Shown: one piece after another, positions 12,632-24,870 of the stretch | Layout: each line of letters begins with the position of its first letter | How positions within the stretch are numbered: position 1 is the stretch's first letter | Assembly (NCBI GenBank): GCA_030390025.1 | Contig: CM059431.1 | Span: forward strand, 128,528,001-128,592,000 | Source: Squalus acanthias | Lineage: Eukaryota | Reading direction: 5' to 3' | DNA length: 64,000 nucleotides | Translations under genes and position numbers: made by a program | Notes under the pieces: generated by a model | Databases searched by the model: none | Seen by the model: only the letters and a program-made list of their open reading frames with translations | Told to the model about the DNA's origin: nothing

Positions 12632-13270
12632 TAAAAAAAAAATAAAAAAATTCATTCTCAGGCTATGAGCATCGCTGGCAAGGCTAACATTTATTGCCCA
12701 TCCATAGTTGCCCTTGAGAAGATAGTGGTGGGCATTCTTCCTGCACTGCAGTCCATGTGGTGAAGGTACTCCCACAATGCTGTTAGGTATGAAGTTCAAG
12801 GATTTTGACCCAGTGATGATGAAGGAACAATGATATATTTCCAAGTAGGGATGGGGTGTGACTTGGAGCTGAACTTGGATGTGATGGTGGTCCCATGCAT
12901 CTGCTGCCCTTGTCCTTGTAGGTGGTGGAGATTGCAGGTTTGGAAGGTGCTGCCAAAGAAGCCTTGGTGAGTTGCTGCAGTGCATCCTGTAGATAGTATG
13001 CTGGTGGTGGAGGTAATGGATATTTAAGGGGATGGGTGGGGTGCCGATCAAATGGGCTGCTTTGTCCTGATGGTGTTGAACTTCTTAAATGCTGTTGCAG
13101 CTACACCTATCCAGGCAAGTGGAGAGTATTCCATCACACTCCTAACTTGTGTTTCGTAGGTGGAGGAGAAGTTTTGGGGAGGAGCCACTCCACGCAGAAC
13201 ACCCTGCCTCTGACCTGCTCTAGTAGCCACAGCATTTATGTGGCAGGTCCGGTCCAGTTCAGTTTATAGT
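12632..13270 (-). mobile_element. LINE 3' end (RT C-terminus and 3' UTR)
   Basis: YETQVRSVMEYSPLAW motif; terminal A-rich run at 12631-12650. Confidence 0.7.
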
Positions 13271-13604
13271 CAATGGACTTTCCACTAAAAAGCTCCATCT
13301 CCCTTGTCCTCCAACTTATCTGTCACATTTAACTTGTTGCTCACTTCATCCTTCCCCAATCCCTATCTTCCATTCTCTTCCTCCATTGGACTGCCCTTGC
13401 TTGGTTCCACTCCTATTTGTTGCTCTTTAGCCAGCGCATCTCTAGTAATGTTTTCTCCTCCTAATCCTACACAGTCACCTTGGGAATATCTGAACATTCC
13501 ATTTCCCCACTTACATGTTGCCCCTCTACACCACAAACTCGGTTAGCTTGCCATAGATTCAATCCCCCTCCCTGGCCACTGTCGCAGGCTGAACCACTCT
13601 CCAC

Positions 13605-15113
13605 CCACTAGGCCCCACCCCCAACCCTACTTTCTTCTGTGTCCGCCCTTGGGAAAAAAACTCTCTCCCAAGTCTCTTACAACTGCACTTATGAAATCCC
13701 AACTGTCCAGCCTCTGGCCCTCCATTCACCATGACATTTCTGCAGCTACTGATCTGCTCAACCGCACCCTCACTACTATCTTTGATGCCCTAGTCCCTTC
13801 TAAAACAATTACCCTCTCTCTCCCTGGCCATTACCCCTGGTACGGCTCTCATCTTCGCTCCCTTAAGTCCAAGGAAAGCAGACTCGAATGGATATGGCGG
13901 ACAACTGGTTTAGCCATTCACCGCCAGATCTGGCTGGACCACATAAAGCACTATCGGGCCCTGCTCTCGTCTGCCAAAACTGCTCACTATTCCAGGATCA
14001 TTCTGGAATGCAAAGATAAACCCTGGCTCCTATTCTCTACTGCTAACCATCTTCTTAAACCCCTCTCCCCTGTCTCCTCCACCCTCACCTCTGACAACAA
14101 GTGTGATGAGCTCATGCACTTCTTTATCTCTAAGATGGAGACCATCCATTCAGCTGCCTCTGCCACTTCCCTTCCTTCCCCTAGCCCATGGGCCAAACTT
14201 CCTCTAAGGTTCCCCCTGCCCTAGCCCTGAACTCGCGTCTTTCTCCAGTTTCTCTCCAATCTCCCCTCATGATCTCTCTGCACTCATCTTGTCTGAGACC
14301 CAATTCCTGCTCCCTCGTCCACCAAACTGCTGACCACCCAACTTCCTTTTTTGGCTCCCATGTTAGCTGATATTGTTAACGGTTCTCTCTCCTCAGGTAC
14401 TGTCTCCCTCTCCCTCAAATCTGCCGTCATCACCCCTCTCCTCAAAAAAAAAACAAACCTTGATCCCTCTGTCCTTGCAAACTGCTACCCCATCTCCAAC
14501 CTCCCTTTCCCCTCAAGTCCTTGAGCGTGTTGTCACCTCCCAAATCCGTGCCCATCTTTCCTGCAATTCCATGTTTGAATCCCTCCAATCAGACTTCCGC
14601 CCTTACCACAGTACTGAAACTGCTCTCATCAAAGTCCCAAATGACATCCTTTATGACTGTGACAAAGGTAAACTATCCCTCCTTGTCCTTCTTGACTTGT
14701 CTGCAGCCTTTGACATGGTTGAGCAATCCATTCTTCTCCAACGCCTCTCCACCATCATCCAGCTGGGTGGGACTGCACTCACCTGGTTCCATTCTTATCT
14801 ATCTACTCATAACCAGAGAATCACCAACAATGGCTCCTCCTCCCGCTCCCGCATCGTTACCTCTGGTGTCCCCCAAGGATCTATCCTTGGCCCCCTCCTA
14901 TTTCTCATCTACATGTTGCCCCTTGGTGACATCATCTGAAAACACAGCGTCAGTTTCCACATGTACGCTGATGACACCCAGCTCCTCCTCTTCTCTCAAC
15001 CCCTTTCTCCTTATGTGGGTCGATGTCAAATTTTTTGTCTTAAAATACTCCTGTGCAGCGCCTTGGGATGTTTTACTACGTTAAAGGCGCTATATAAATA
15101 CAAGTTGTTGTTG
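13605..15113 (+). mobile_element. L2 LINE, truncated with internal deletion
   Basis: FRPYHSTETALIKV, LLDLSAAFD, SGVPQGSILGPLLF, MYADDTQL; L2 tail gcgccttgggatg...ctatataaatacaagttgttgttg. Confidence 0.9.
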
Positions 15114-15114
15114 A

Positions 15115-16107
15115 ACCAGACTGCTCACACCTTGGCGTCCTATTTGAGCCTAAGCTGAGCTTCTGACCCCATATCCTTTTCCATCATCACGACCGGCTAC
15201 TTCCATCTCCATAATATCGCACGTCCCTGCTCTTGCCTCAGCCCAGCTGCTGTTGAAACTCTCATCCATTCCATTATTACTTGAGCTCATCCAAAACTCT
15301 GCTGCCCATATCCTAACTTGCACCAAGTCCCGTTCACCCATCAGCCCTTTGTTCGCTGACCCACATTGAGTTCCAGTCCAACAGCTCCATTTTCAAATTC
15401 TAATTCTCGTGTTCAAATCCCTCCAAGACCTCTCCTCTCCCTATCTCTGTAACCTCTGTAACCTCCTCCAGCCCTACAACCCTCCCAGAACTCTGCATTG
15501 TTTCAATTCTGGCCACTTGTGCATCCCCGCTTTCCTTTCCCCCCACCATTGGTGGCCGTGCCTTCAGCTATCTCGGCACTGAGCTCTGGAATTCCCTCCC
15601 TAAATGTCTCTGCCTCTCCATTTCTCCATCTCCACCTCTTGCTCCTTTTAAGACACTCCTTAAACCTGCCCCTTTGACCAAGCTTTTGACCACTTGTCCT
15701 AATATCTCCTTTTTTGGTTCGGACACGTTGGACCCCCTGTGACCCCACCTTATTGTCTTAGCTGTATTTTGCTGTGTTTTTGATGTAATGCCTTCCTGAC
15801 TGACCTGATTGTATCTCTGCTGAGGTGTGATGGAGGGCAGTCAGTAAGATTTACTGTAGTCATCTGACATTGTACGCTACACATTGTTCTCTGTCTATAT
15901 ATGCTTTGCTGATTTGTATTCCTTCACTTTACCTGATGAAGGAGCAGCGCTCCGAAAGCTCGTGATTTCAAATAAAACTGTTGGACTATAACCTGGTGTT
16001 GTGCGACTTCTCATTTTTGTCCACCCCAGTCCAACACCAGCATCTCCGCATCCTTGGGATGTTTACTATGTTAAAGGTGCTATATAAATGCAAGTTGTTG
16101 TTGTTGA
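15115..16107 (+). mobile_element. L2 3' fragment, interrupted before its tail
   Basis: FQILILVFKSL-like region 15390-15480, ggtggccgtgccttcagct, tail ccttgggatgtttactatgttaaaggtgctatataaatgcaagttgttg at 16050-16107. Confidence 0.75.
15928..15967 (+). ncRNA. Minimal type I hammerhead ribozyme motif (Penelope-type terminal fragment about 15925-16048)
   Basis: UUAC-CUGAUGA-A-GGAGC(AGC)GCUCC-GAAA-GC-UC-GUGA, followed by aataaa. Confidence 0.72.
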
Positions 16108-16479
16108 CATTATCCACAGGTATGGGAGCAGCTTTCTCACGTATTCTGCCACAATTCTTGAGTCCTTGATCACCATTGTGCTATCAAGTGGCTTTTGTAA
16201 CTTAATGTTAGCAAAATCAAAAATATCGTGTTCAGCTCCCACCAATATTTTATCTGTGCACCCGAATCATCTCACGTTGTAGCTGTTCATTTAGGTTGAA
16301 CCTTATCATTCACAGTCTCAGTGATCTGTTCAACCCCAAGCTCAGTTTCAAACATCATATACTATGCAGCAACCAAAATATTCCTCCTCCACCCTTAACT
16401 CACCCATCCATTGCTGCTGAAACTCTGTTCTACACATCTCTCCTGCGCTAATCCCTATTCACTCACTGGTCTCTTTTTT

Positions 16480-16971
16480 TTTTCCGGGGTGGCGGGAAGG
16501 GTGCGAGTGAGCCTGTGGCAGAGATCAGGAGGAGACAGAAGCCTTTGGCTGCAGATCGGGTGGAGGGTAGCCCAGCGCAAGGGAGGTCCAAGACTTCTTT
16601 CTGAGGCCTGGAGGAGCACTCCTGGACCACAGACATAAATAAAACTTTTTAATTTATCTCCTGGGCCTCCCTTGGCCCACGATACAGCTCCTGCCAGGTA
16701 TGGCCTGATGGAGAAGCTGACACTGCTCCCCCGCCCAGGCCTTCAGCTAAAATTGTAGATTGGGTCCTGATGACATCATCAAACTCGACCCCTATATTTA
16801 AAACAGGACCCTACTTGTTTCCAGCGGGTGTCATGCTCGTCTGCTCAAAAGAGCAGGTTAATATCGGGATACGGTGGGAAGGCAGCGGGATCAGAGCGAG
16901 TAAGTGACTCCTGTTGTTCTAATTGCCCTCCACCCAGTTTCCACCAGGCAGGGGCAGTTAAAATCAGGGCC
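16480..16971. mobile_element. Harbinger-type MITE fragment
   Basis: Right end ttaaaatcagggcc and internal ggagcactcctgg block shared with other MITEs in the window. Confidence 0.45.
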
Positions 16972-17851
16972 ATTATCTCTGTCTTTGCTACTCACTAGCT
17001 CCCCATCCTGGAAAACATTAAATTCAAATTCTGAGTCTTCATTGTCAAATCCCTCTACAGCCTTTCCCACCCTATCTCTGCATCTTGCCTTGGCCTAGAT
17101 CCCAGGCTGTGGTCATACAGATCCTGAAGTCAGCCATCTTAGTTCTATCCTCTGGAGCTCCTCTGTGCTCATCTTCAGTAATTCACTGAAAAACTCAGTG
17201 TTTTTAGTTATCTCCCCTGACCCTTGTATTACTGCTAACTGCTTACTCTATTAAACACCTTGGGGCATCTACTATATTAAACATTTTCAAAGATAAATGG
17301 ACAGAATTATGGAATGCAATCCCTGAAACACCAGTAAAAAATTTAGATTCTCATGCAGTTGAAAGCTGAATTTATCTTATTCAACCACTGAAAACTCGTG
17401 GCCTTTATTCTAGGGAACAGCATATTGCAGGCAAGAGCACTATATTTCCAATTTCAACAGTTACAGAATATGATCCCCAAGATAAAATCTCAGAATTCAA
17501 TGTAATAAAAACAAAATTTGACTCAATTAGTTACTGTAAACCAGTGCCCTAGATAATAAAACAGATTTATCTGCAATCTCTATAACAGCACTCTTACTTA
17601 ATATTGGGTTAGAATACAACTGCGACCTAATAATGAGACTCTCGCACAGCACCACTATCACCAGCGCAGTTCACATACCTGTGCATGAAACAGCTGACCT
17701 CATGTTATTGAGTGAGGTCAGCTCATTTATATAATGGAGCAGCAGTCTGGTTCATCTCTCAAAATGCAACAGGTCTGCATTATCAAGCAGCAGTAGTCAA
17801 TGAAGAGCCGGTAGCAACCCATTATGTGCCTTGCATTTTCCGATGTGAGGG

Positions 17852-17990
17852 TAGGGTTACCAACCCTCCAGGATTGTCTTGGAGTCTCCAGGAAGTGAAG
17901 ATTAATCTCCTGGATACTGCTGCGAGCAACTCAGGAGAGAATCATTGAGGCATTTAAAAAAAATTGTTTTTTATTTTCTTTGAACACTTA
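17852..17990. mobile_element. hAT-like transposon end
   Basis: tagggttaccaaccctccaggattg...ctccagga resembles the TAGGGTTGC terminus of the hAT at 31330; partner end not found. Confidence 0.45.
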
Positions 17991-19672
17991 CGTTTATTAA
18001 AATATTGGCGCTGTACCAAGTATACCATGGAGGAAAGGGCTGAGGTGACTTTTTTTTTAAATTTAAAGGTGGCCTCCACTTCCAACCAAGTGCTGTGTGG
18101 CTGGGGAGCTACTTGGGTATTGTAGAGCATTATGGGGCAGGTGTCTAATTTCAATGGAAGTTTGGGGCTTAATGATCTTAGCGCTCAATATTTGCAATGG
18201 ATGTTGGCCCTCTTTCTGCTGTCTGCCTACATTGGGGTGGGTGTACTAAGTATCTGAGGTGCATTGTAGACCTCAGTACTGCATGTGAAATTTTCCATGG
18301 AACAAAAGGTATATTAAAGTTAATAATCTTTATTCCATTATACTCTCTAGATAAATAGATCTGGTTTGGAATGACTAGTCTCATAGTAGCTGATACCACT
18401 TTCACTCACATTGCCGCCGCTAAAAATCCATCAAGGCTAATGAGATGTATAGAAATATCTGTCTCACTACCCATATGAAGGCTGGTCCCTGTTAGCCTTT
18501 ACTAATAAGATGTACAGAAATGCTTGTCGCACTCCATGTATGAAGGTTGAACCCTGACAGATTTTACTAATTCCATTGTTTGATGGAGTAGCTGCAGCTA
18601 ATGTTCTAAGATTAGGCTTTGCCCAATTCTTTACCATTGCTAACAAATTAGAGCAAAATGAATATGAGCATTGTCAGTCAATCTGACTTTTTTAAGCAGT
18701 CAATCACAAAGACTTCACAAAAGTCAGTTGAGGCTAGAATGGTAAACACAGAAGTACACTGAGTTATAATCACCATGACTGTGGAGAAACACAGCAACGG
18801 AAGAAGAGATGTGAGACATGGAAATAGCTTTTCTGACACTGTCTGATTGTTTGTTTGTTTGGTGTCCTCTGTCTTCACGGAGAGCTTTCTCTGAGAAGTT
18901 CAGAAAAACTAGATATTGATTTTAAAACTGCATTCCAGCGAAATAATGTCATATATTTCAGTTCTCTGAGGCTGTACTTACATGTGATAATTATAGGAAA
19001 GGAGTTTTACTCACCCCTTCCTAAACTTATGGGGGCAGATTTTAATTGTCTCTCTCCTACCCCTCCAGTCTGGGCGCTAATTAGGCAGAATGCACCCAGA
19101 AGCAAGGGAGGAAAAAGGACAACCAGAAGGTCTCCAGCCTTGAAGATCCTACGGTGTACCTAGAAAAAAAAGAACAATTACCTTTTTTGGTGGCCTCCAT
19201 ACAAATGATCTTGATACATGCTCTTACAAGATATTTTGATATAAGGGACTTGAGCACAAGTAATTGTTAGCACTCCTCTGCTAGGATCTAGACAGGAGAA
19301 CCAGGAAAACAAGCTGGGAGGCACGGAGATATCAGTCCACCCTTTATTGCATAGCCTTTGAATGTTTTTGTTTGCTTGGGGCTTAAGCACTTGGCTCCTT
19401 ACTTAGGGGAAACTCTGGAATTATGAGAAAAGGGACAGAAATCCATCATGACAGGGAAATAAATGTTCTCTGGGCACAAAACAGAGGAAAATCAGCCCTA
19501 TGGTTTAATGATACTTTTCAGAAGGCTGAAAATATCCTAGTCCTCTTTTGTAATTGGTGTCTGAACCCCAAGCCCCCCTCAAGTGGCAGATACTTGCTGG
19601 TATCATGGGAATAGAAAAAATAGTAAAGGGAAATCTTGATCACTTACACAAACATAGGCTGGAATTTTCACA

Positions 19673-20170
19673 TTGGAGAGCGTGCAACAAAGGTTCACTA
19701 GATTGATCCCTGGAATGAGGGGGTTGTCCTATGAGGAGAGATTGAGTAGATTGGGCCTATACTCTCTGGAGTTTGCAAGAGTGAGAAGTGATCTCATTCA
19801 AAAATATAAGATTCTGAAGGGGATTGACAGGGTAGATGCTGAGAGGTTGTTTCTCCTGGCTGGAGAGTCTAGAACTAGGGGGGCATAGTCTCAGGATAAG
19901 GGGTCAGCCATTTAAGGCTGAGATGAGGAGGCATATATCACTCAGAGGGTTGTGAATCTTTGGAATTCTCTACCACAAAGTGCTGAGGATGCTGAGTATA
20001 TTCAAGGCTGAGATAGATGGACTTTTGAACTCGAGGGGAATCAAGGGATATGGAGATAAGGCGGGAAAGTGAATTTGAGGTCGCAGATCAGCCATGATCT
20101 TATTGAATGGTGGAGCAGTCTCGAGGGGCCATATGGCCTACTCTTGCTCCTAATTATAATGTTCTTATGT
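19673..20170 (+). mobile_element. CR1 3' fragment inserted just inside the H1 left TIR
   Basis: QRFTRLIPGMRGLSYEERLSRLGLYSLE and CR1 tail. Confidence 0.9.
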
Positions 20171-20526
20171 TTACAGACCCTTAACTGCCTTTTTAACATC
20201 AGGTTTGAACTTTAACTGGTTGCACACGGGATTCACGCACCTTGGGAACCTCACCTGTGAAGGGGAGGCGGAAGCTCAGTGGCCATTGTGCTAGTTCATT
20301 AAGTGACAGCTGGGAAAAACACATACATACTCCCACATTACACCTGCTTCCTTGGCTAATGGAAAGGCTCCTGCTGACTCCATTTTGTGCAGAGATTTAG
20401 CTTTCAGGAGTTTGCAGGTGGTTTCTGCAACCTCGGAAGCCACTCTTACCACATTGCAAGTCAATCTCAGTACATTGGAGGATTGTGCCTCTGATCTCTT
20501 CTTTACCTGGCATCTATCAGATCAGC

Positions 20527-21660
20527 ATGGGTGCCGCTTATGCTGTCTCACATTGGACCTCAGAATCGGACCAAGATGAGCCCCAGCACCAACAACATCA
20601 GCCACACAAGCAGCAGCAGCAGCAGCAGCAGCAACCACACCAGCAGCCTTCTCCTCACCAACCTGATGCTGCACAGTAGAGAGGGGATCAGCACAGGTGC
20701 GCACTGTGCCGGAGACGATACCCCCAACACAGGGTATCCAGGCACAGGATGAGCTTCCTAGACATCACTGAGCAGCAGTGCTTCCGGAGGCTCAGGCTAT
20801 CACGTCAGGTCGTGTCAGACCTTTATATCATGCTGGAACAAGACCTGCTGCCCAGAGGACCTGGTGGACACGCCTTACCAGTGACTGAAAATCACCACCA
20901 CCCTCAACTTCTTCGTCTCAACTCCTTCCAGGGATCTGCAGCAGACATTTGTAGTCAGATGCCTCACCCAGGTGACCGATGCCATGTTTCACAAGTCAGC
21001 AATTGATGTCAACTTTGCCACTGATGAAGCCAGTGTTACTGAGTGGGCATTCAGCTTTGCAGCTCTGGCTGACTTCCCACAGGTGCAGGACATCATCGAC
21101 TGCACACATGTGGCCATATAGGCATCCCATCATCACCCAGGAATGTTTGTGAACTGCAAGAACTTCCACTCCCTCAATGTGCAGCTCGTCTGCAACCATA
21201 AAAAGATCATCGTGCATGTGTGCACCAGAATCCTTGGCAGCTGTCATGACTCTTTTGTGCTGCGTCAGTCCACCCTCCCTCAGCTCTTCACACCTCCAGT
21301 CAGACTTACCGGCTGGCTGCTTGGAGACTAGGGCTAGCCATTGAAGACGTGGTAGATGATACCATTGAGGAGGCCAAGCGCGCTATAATGACAGCCACAT
21401 GTCCACCAGATGCATCATAGAACAATAATCGACAAGCGGAAGATGCGCTTCAGATGCCTTGACAATTCTGGAGGAGCCCTTCACTACGCACCATCCAGGG
21501 TCTCTAGAATCATCGTTGTATGCTGCGCGCTGCACAACATAGTGCAGCAACGAGGATTGGAGCTGCAGGAGGAGCAAGGCGCAGAGGCAGAGCCTGTTCA
21601 GAGGAGGAGGAGGGACCTGAGGTGGAGATGGCACCAGCATCATAATGGTCTGATTTATTT
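20527..21660 (+). pseudogene. Harbinger (HARBI1-like) DDE transposase, decayed, with Q-rich N-terminus
   Basis: [79 protein letters not shown]. Confidence 0.88.
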
Positions 21661-22396
21661 AACTTGCACCTGTGCAACCATATGGCTCCCAGATGCTGTA
21701 CCAACTCCCCCCCCCCCCCCCCCCCCGCCCCCCCCCCCCCCGCCAACAACACCACAAAGCAGTCCTGCAATGACCAAGCCCTTTCTGTCAACCAAGCCCC
21801 CATTGCTCAAGGTTAATTAATGTCTCACTTCACTACAAGTGACAAGGCCACTTCCCAAGGACCAGGCAAAAATGGACAAGACAGGAAAGTAGTGCAAAGA
21901 AATAAATTTATGTACGTCATAAATAGAACTGAAACTTAACACTAGCATTTTGGCAAATACCCATGTGCATACCCTTGTGCATCTACGAATGTGCCTTTTT
22001 TCTTTTTCGAGTGCTTTTACGAGGTGCAACCTCTGTGCCTTCAGCAGAGGTAGAGGCAGGCTGCTCACTTCCCTGGTGCGACTGCTTTGACACTTTTGGC
22101 GGACGTTCTGAGTTTTAAGGCCCATGCGGGCCCCGCCAATGACAGCTCCTCCTGAAACTGTGCCGGTGCAGACTCGGCCATCGGGATCCGAGGTAGCATG
22201 TGGGGCTCCGACTAAAGGGGAGGCAACGGGGGAGAAGTGGGAGCGCTGGACAGCACCTTGCTGCACATCAGTGGGGTGATGAACGCCCAAGTCTATGTTG
22301 GTATCCCTCCTCGAGATGAGGTCAATGAGAGTCTGCAATCTGTTCACAGCAAGTATGTTCTCGTTCGACTGGCGCATTTGCTGCTCCATGCAGGTG

Positions 22397-24718
22397 ATAG
22401 AAACATAGAAGATAGGAGCAGGAGTAGGCCATTCGGCCCCTCGAGCCTGCTCCGCCATTCGATGAGATCATGGCTGATCATCCAAACTCAGTACCCTGTA
22501 CCTGCCTTCTCCCCATATCCCTTGATACCTTTAGCTTTAAGAAATATATCTAACTCATTCTTGAATATATTTAATGACTTGGCCTCAACTACCTTTTGTG
22601 GTAGAGAATTCCACAGGTTCACCACTCTCTGGGTGAAGAAATTCCTCCTGATTTCTGTCCTAAATGGCTTACCCCTTATCCTTAGATTATGACCCCTGGT
22701 TCTGGACTCTCCGACCATCGGGAACATTCTTCCTGCATCTAGTTTGTCCAGACCTGTCAGAATTTTATATGTTTCGATGAAATCCCCTCTCATTCTTCTA
22801 TACTCCAGCGAGTATAAGCCCAATCGACCCAATCTCTCCTCATATGTCATTCCTGCTATCCCAGGTATCAGCCTTGTAAATCTTCGCTGAACTCACTCCA
22901 TGGCAAAAACATCCTTCCTCAGATAAGGTGACCAAAACTGCACACAATACTCAAGGTGTGGTCTCACCAAGGCCCTGTACAACTGCAGCAGGACATCCCT
23001 GTTCCTATACTCAAACCCTTTCGCTATTAAGGCCAACATACCATTTGCCTTCTTCACCGCCTGCTGCACCTGCATGCTTACCTTCAGCGACTGGTGCACA
23101 AGGACACCCAGGTCTCGTTGCACTTCCCCTTCTCCCAATCTATTGCGATTCAGATAATAGTCTGCCTTTCTGTTTTTGACACCAAAGTGGATAACCTCGC
23201 ATTTATCCATGTTATATTGCATCTGCCACGCTTCTGCCCACTCACCCAACCTGTCCAAATCATCCTGGAGTTTCTCGGTATCCTCCTCGCAGCACACACG
23301 CCCACCCAGCTTTGTGTCATCTGCAAACTTGGAGATATTACATTTAGTTCCCTTATCTAGATCATTAAAGTATATTGTGAATAGCTGGGGTCTAAGGACC
23401 GATCCCTGCGGTACCCCACTAGTCACTGCTTGCCACTCGGAAAAAGACCCATTAATTCCTACTCTCTGCTTTCTGTCCGCCAACCAGTTCTCTGTCCAGG
23501 TCAATACCTTGCCCCCAATCCCATGTGCCTTAACTTTACACGCTAATTTCTTATGCGGGACCTTATCGAAAGCCTTTTGAAAGTCCAAATACACCACATC
23601 TACTGGTTCTCCCTTATCTATTTTCCCAGTTACATCCTCAAAAAATTCCAGTAGATTAGTCAAGCACGATTTACCTTTTTGTAAATCCATGTTGACTTTG
23701 TCCGATCCTGTCACTGTTTTTCAAGTGCTCTGCTATTACATCCTTTATAATGGACTCTAGCATTTTCCCCACTACCGATGTCAGGCTTACCGGTCTGTAA
23801 TTCCCCGCTTTCTCTCTCCCACCCTTTTTGAATAGTGGGGTAACATTAGCTACCCTCCAATCCATGGGTACAGTTCCAGATTCCATCGAATGTTGGAAGA
23901 TGATCAGCAATGCATCTACTATTTCTAGGGCCACTTCCTTAAGTACCCTAGGATGTAGATTATCAGGCCCTGGGGATTTATCGGCCTTCAATCCCGTCAA
24001 TTTCCCTAACACCATTTCCCTGCAAATACTGATTTCATTCAGTTCCTCCCTTTCAGCAGACCCTATGTTCTCCAACATCTCTGGGAGGTTATTTGTGTCC
24101 TCCTTTGTGAAGACAGAACCAAAATATGCATTTAATTGGTCTGCCATTTCTTTGTTCCCCATTATAACTTCCCCCGCTTCTGACTGCAAGGGACCTACAC
24201 TTGATTTCACTAATCTTTTTCTCTTCACATATCTATAAAAACTCTTACAGTCAGTTTTTATGTTCCCAGCAAGCTTACTTTCATATTCTATTTTCCCCTT
24301 CTTAATTAATCCCTTTGTCCTTCTGTGTTGAATCCTAAACTGCTCCCAATCCTCAGGGTTACCGCTTTTTCTGGCCAATTTATATGCCCTCTCCTTGGAT
24401 CTTATGCTATCCCTAATTTCCCTTGTTAGCCACGGTTGAGTCACCCTTTTTGTTTTATTCTTATGCCACACTGGGATGAACAAATTCTGTAGTTCATCCA
24501 TGCAGTCTTTGAATGTTTTCCATTGCCTATCCACCGTCAACCCTTTGAGTGACATTCCCCAATCAATCCTACCCAATTCGCGCCTCATACCATCGTAGTT
24601 TCCTTTATTTAAATTCAGGACCCTAGTCTCTGATTCAACTACTTCACTCTCCATCCTAATGAAGAATTCTATCATATTATGATCACTCTGACCCAAGGGG
24701 CCTCGTACAACAAGATTT
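22397..24718 (-). mobile_element. CR1 LINE, 5'-truncated, relatively young (about two frameshifts)
   Basis: ORF pieces 23671-24718, 22893-23714, 22488-22850 with KSPGPDNLHPRVLKE, NYRPVSLTS, DFQKAFDKVPH, FADDTK; atagaaacatagaa tail. Confidence 0.95.
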
Positions 24719-24768
24719 TCCATGGAAAAGCACATCATCGCCATAGCCTGCAACATGGTGCTGCTCAT

Positions 24769-24870
24769 AAAATAAAAACAGAAAATGCTGGAAATACTCA
24801 GCAGGTCAGGCAACATCTGTGGAGCGAGAAACAGAGTTAACTTTTCAGGTCGATGACCCTTCGTCAGAAC
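24769..24870 (-). mobile_element. Penelope terminal fragment with degenerate hammerhead motif
   Basis: Closely similar to 7355-7455; minus strand GUU-CUGACGA-A-GGGUC(AUC)GACCU-GAAA-AGUU-AAC. Confidence 0.8.

Noticed and set aside
19182..19287. Exon-like segment on the minus strand (tcctgtctag...aag|gtaatt)
   Set aside because: The peptide is unrecognisable and the segment lies in probable MITE-derived sequence starting near 19031; MITEs here often carry splice signals.
21707..21741. Poly-proline ORF segment
   Set aside because: Translation of a poly-C run in the Harbinger intergenic spacer.
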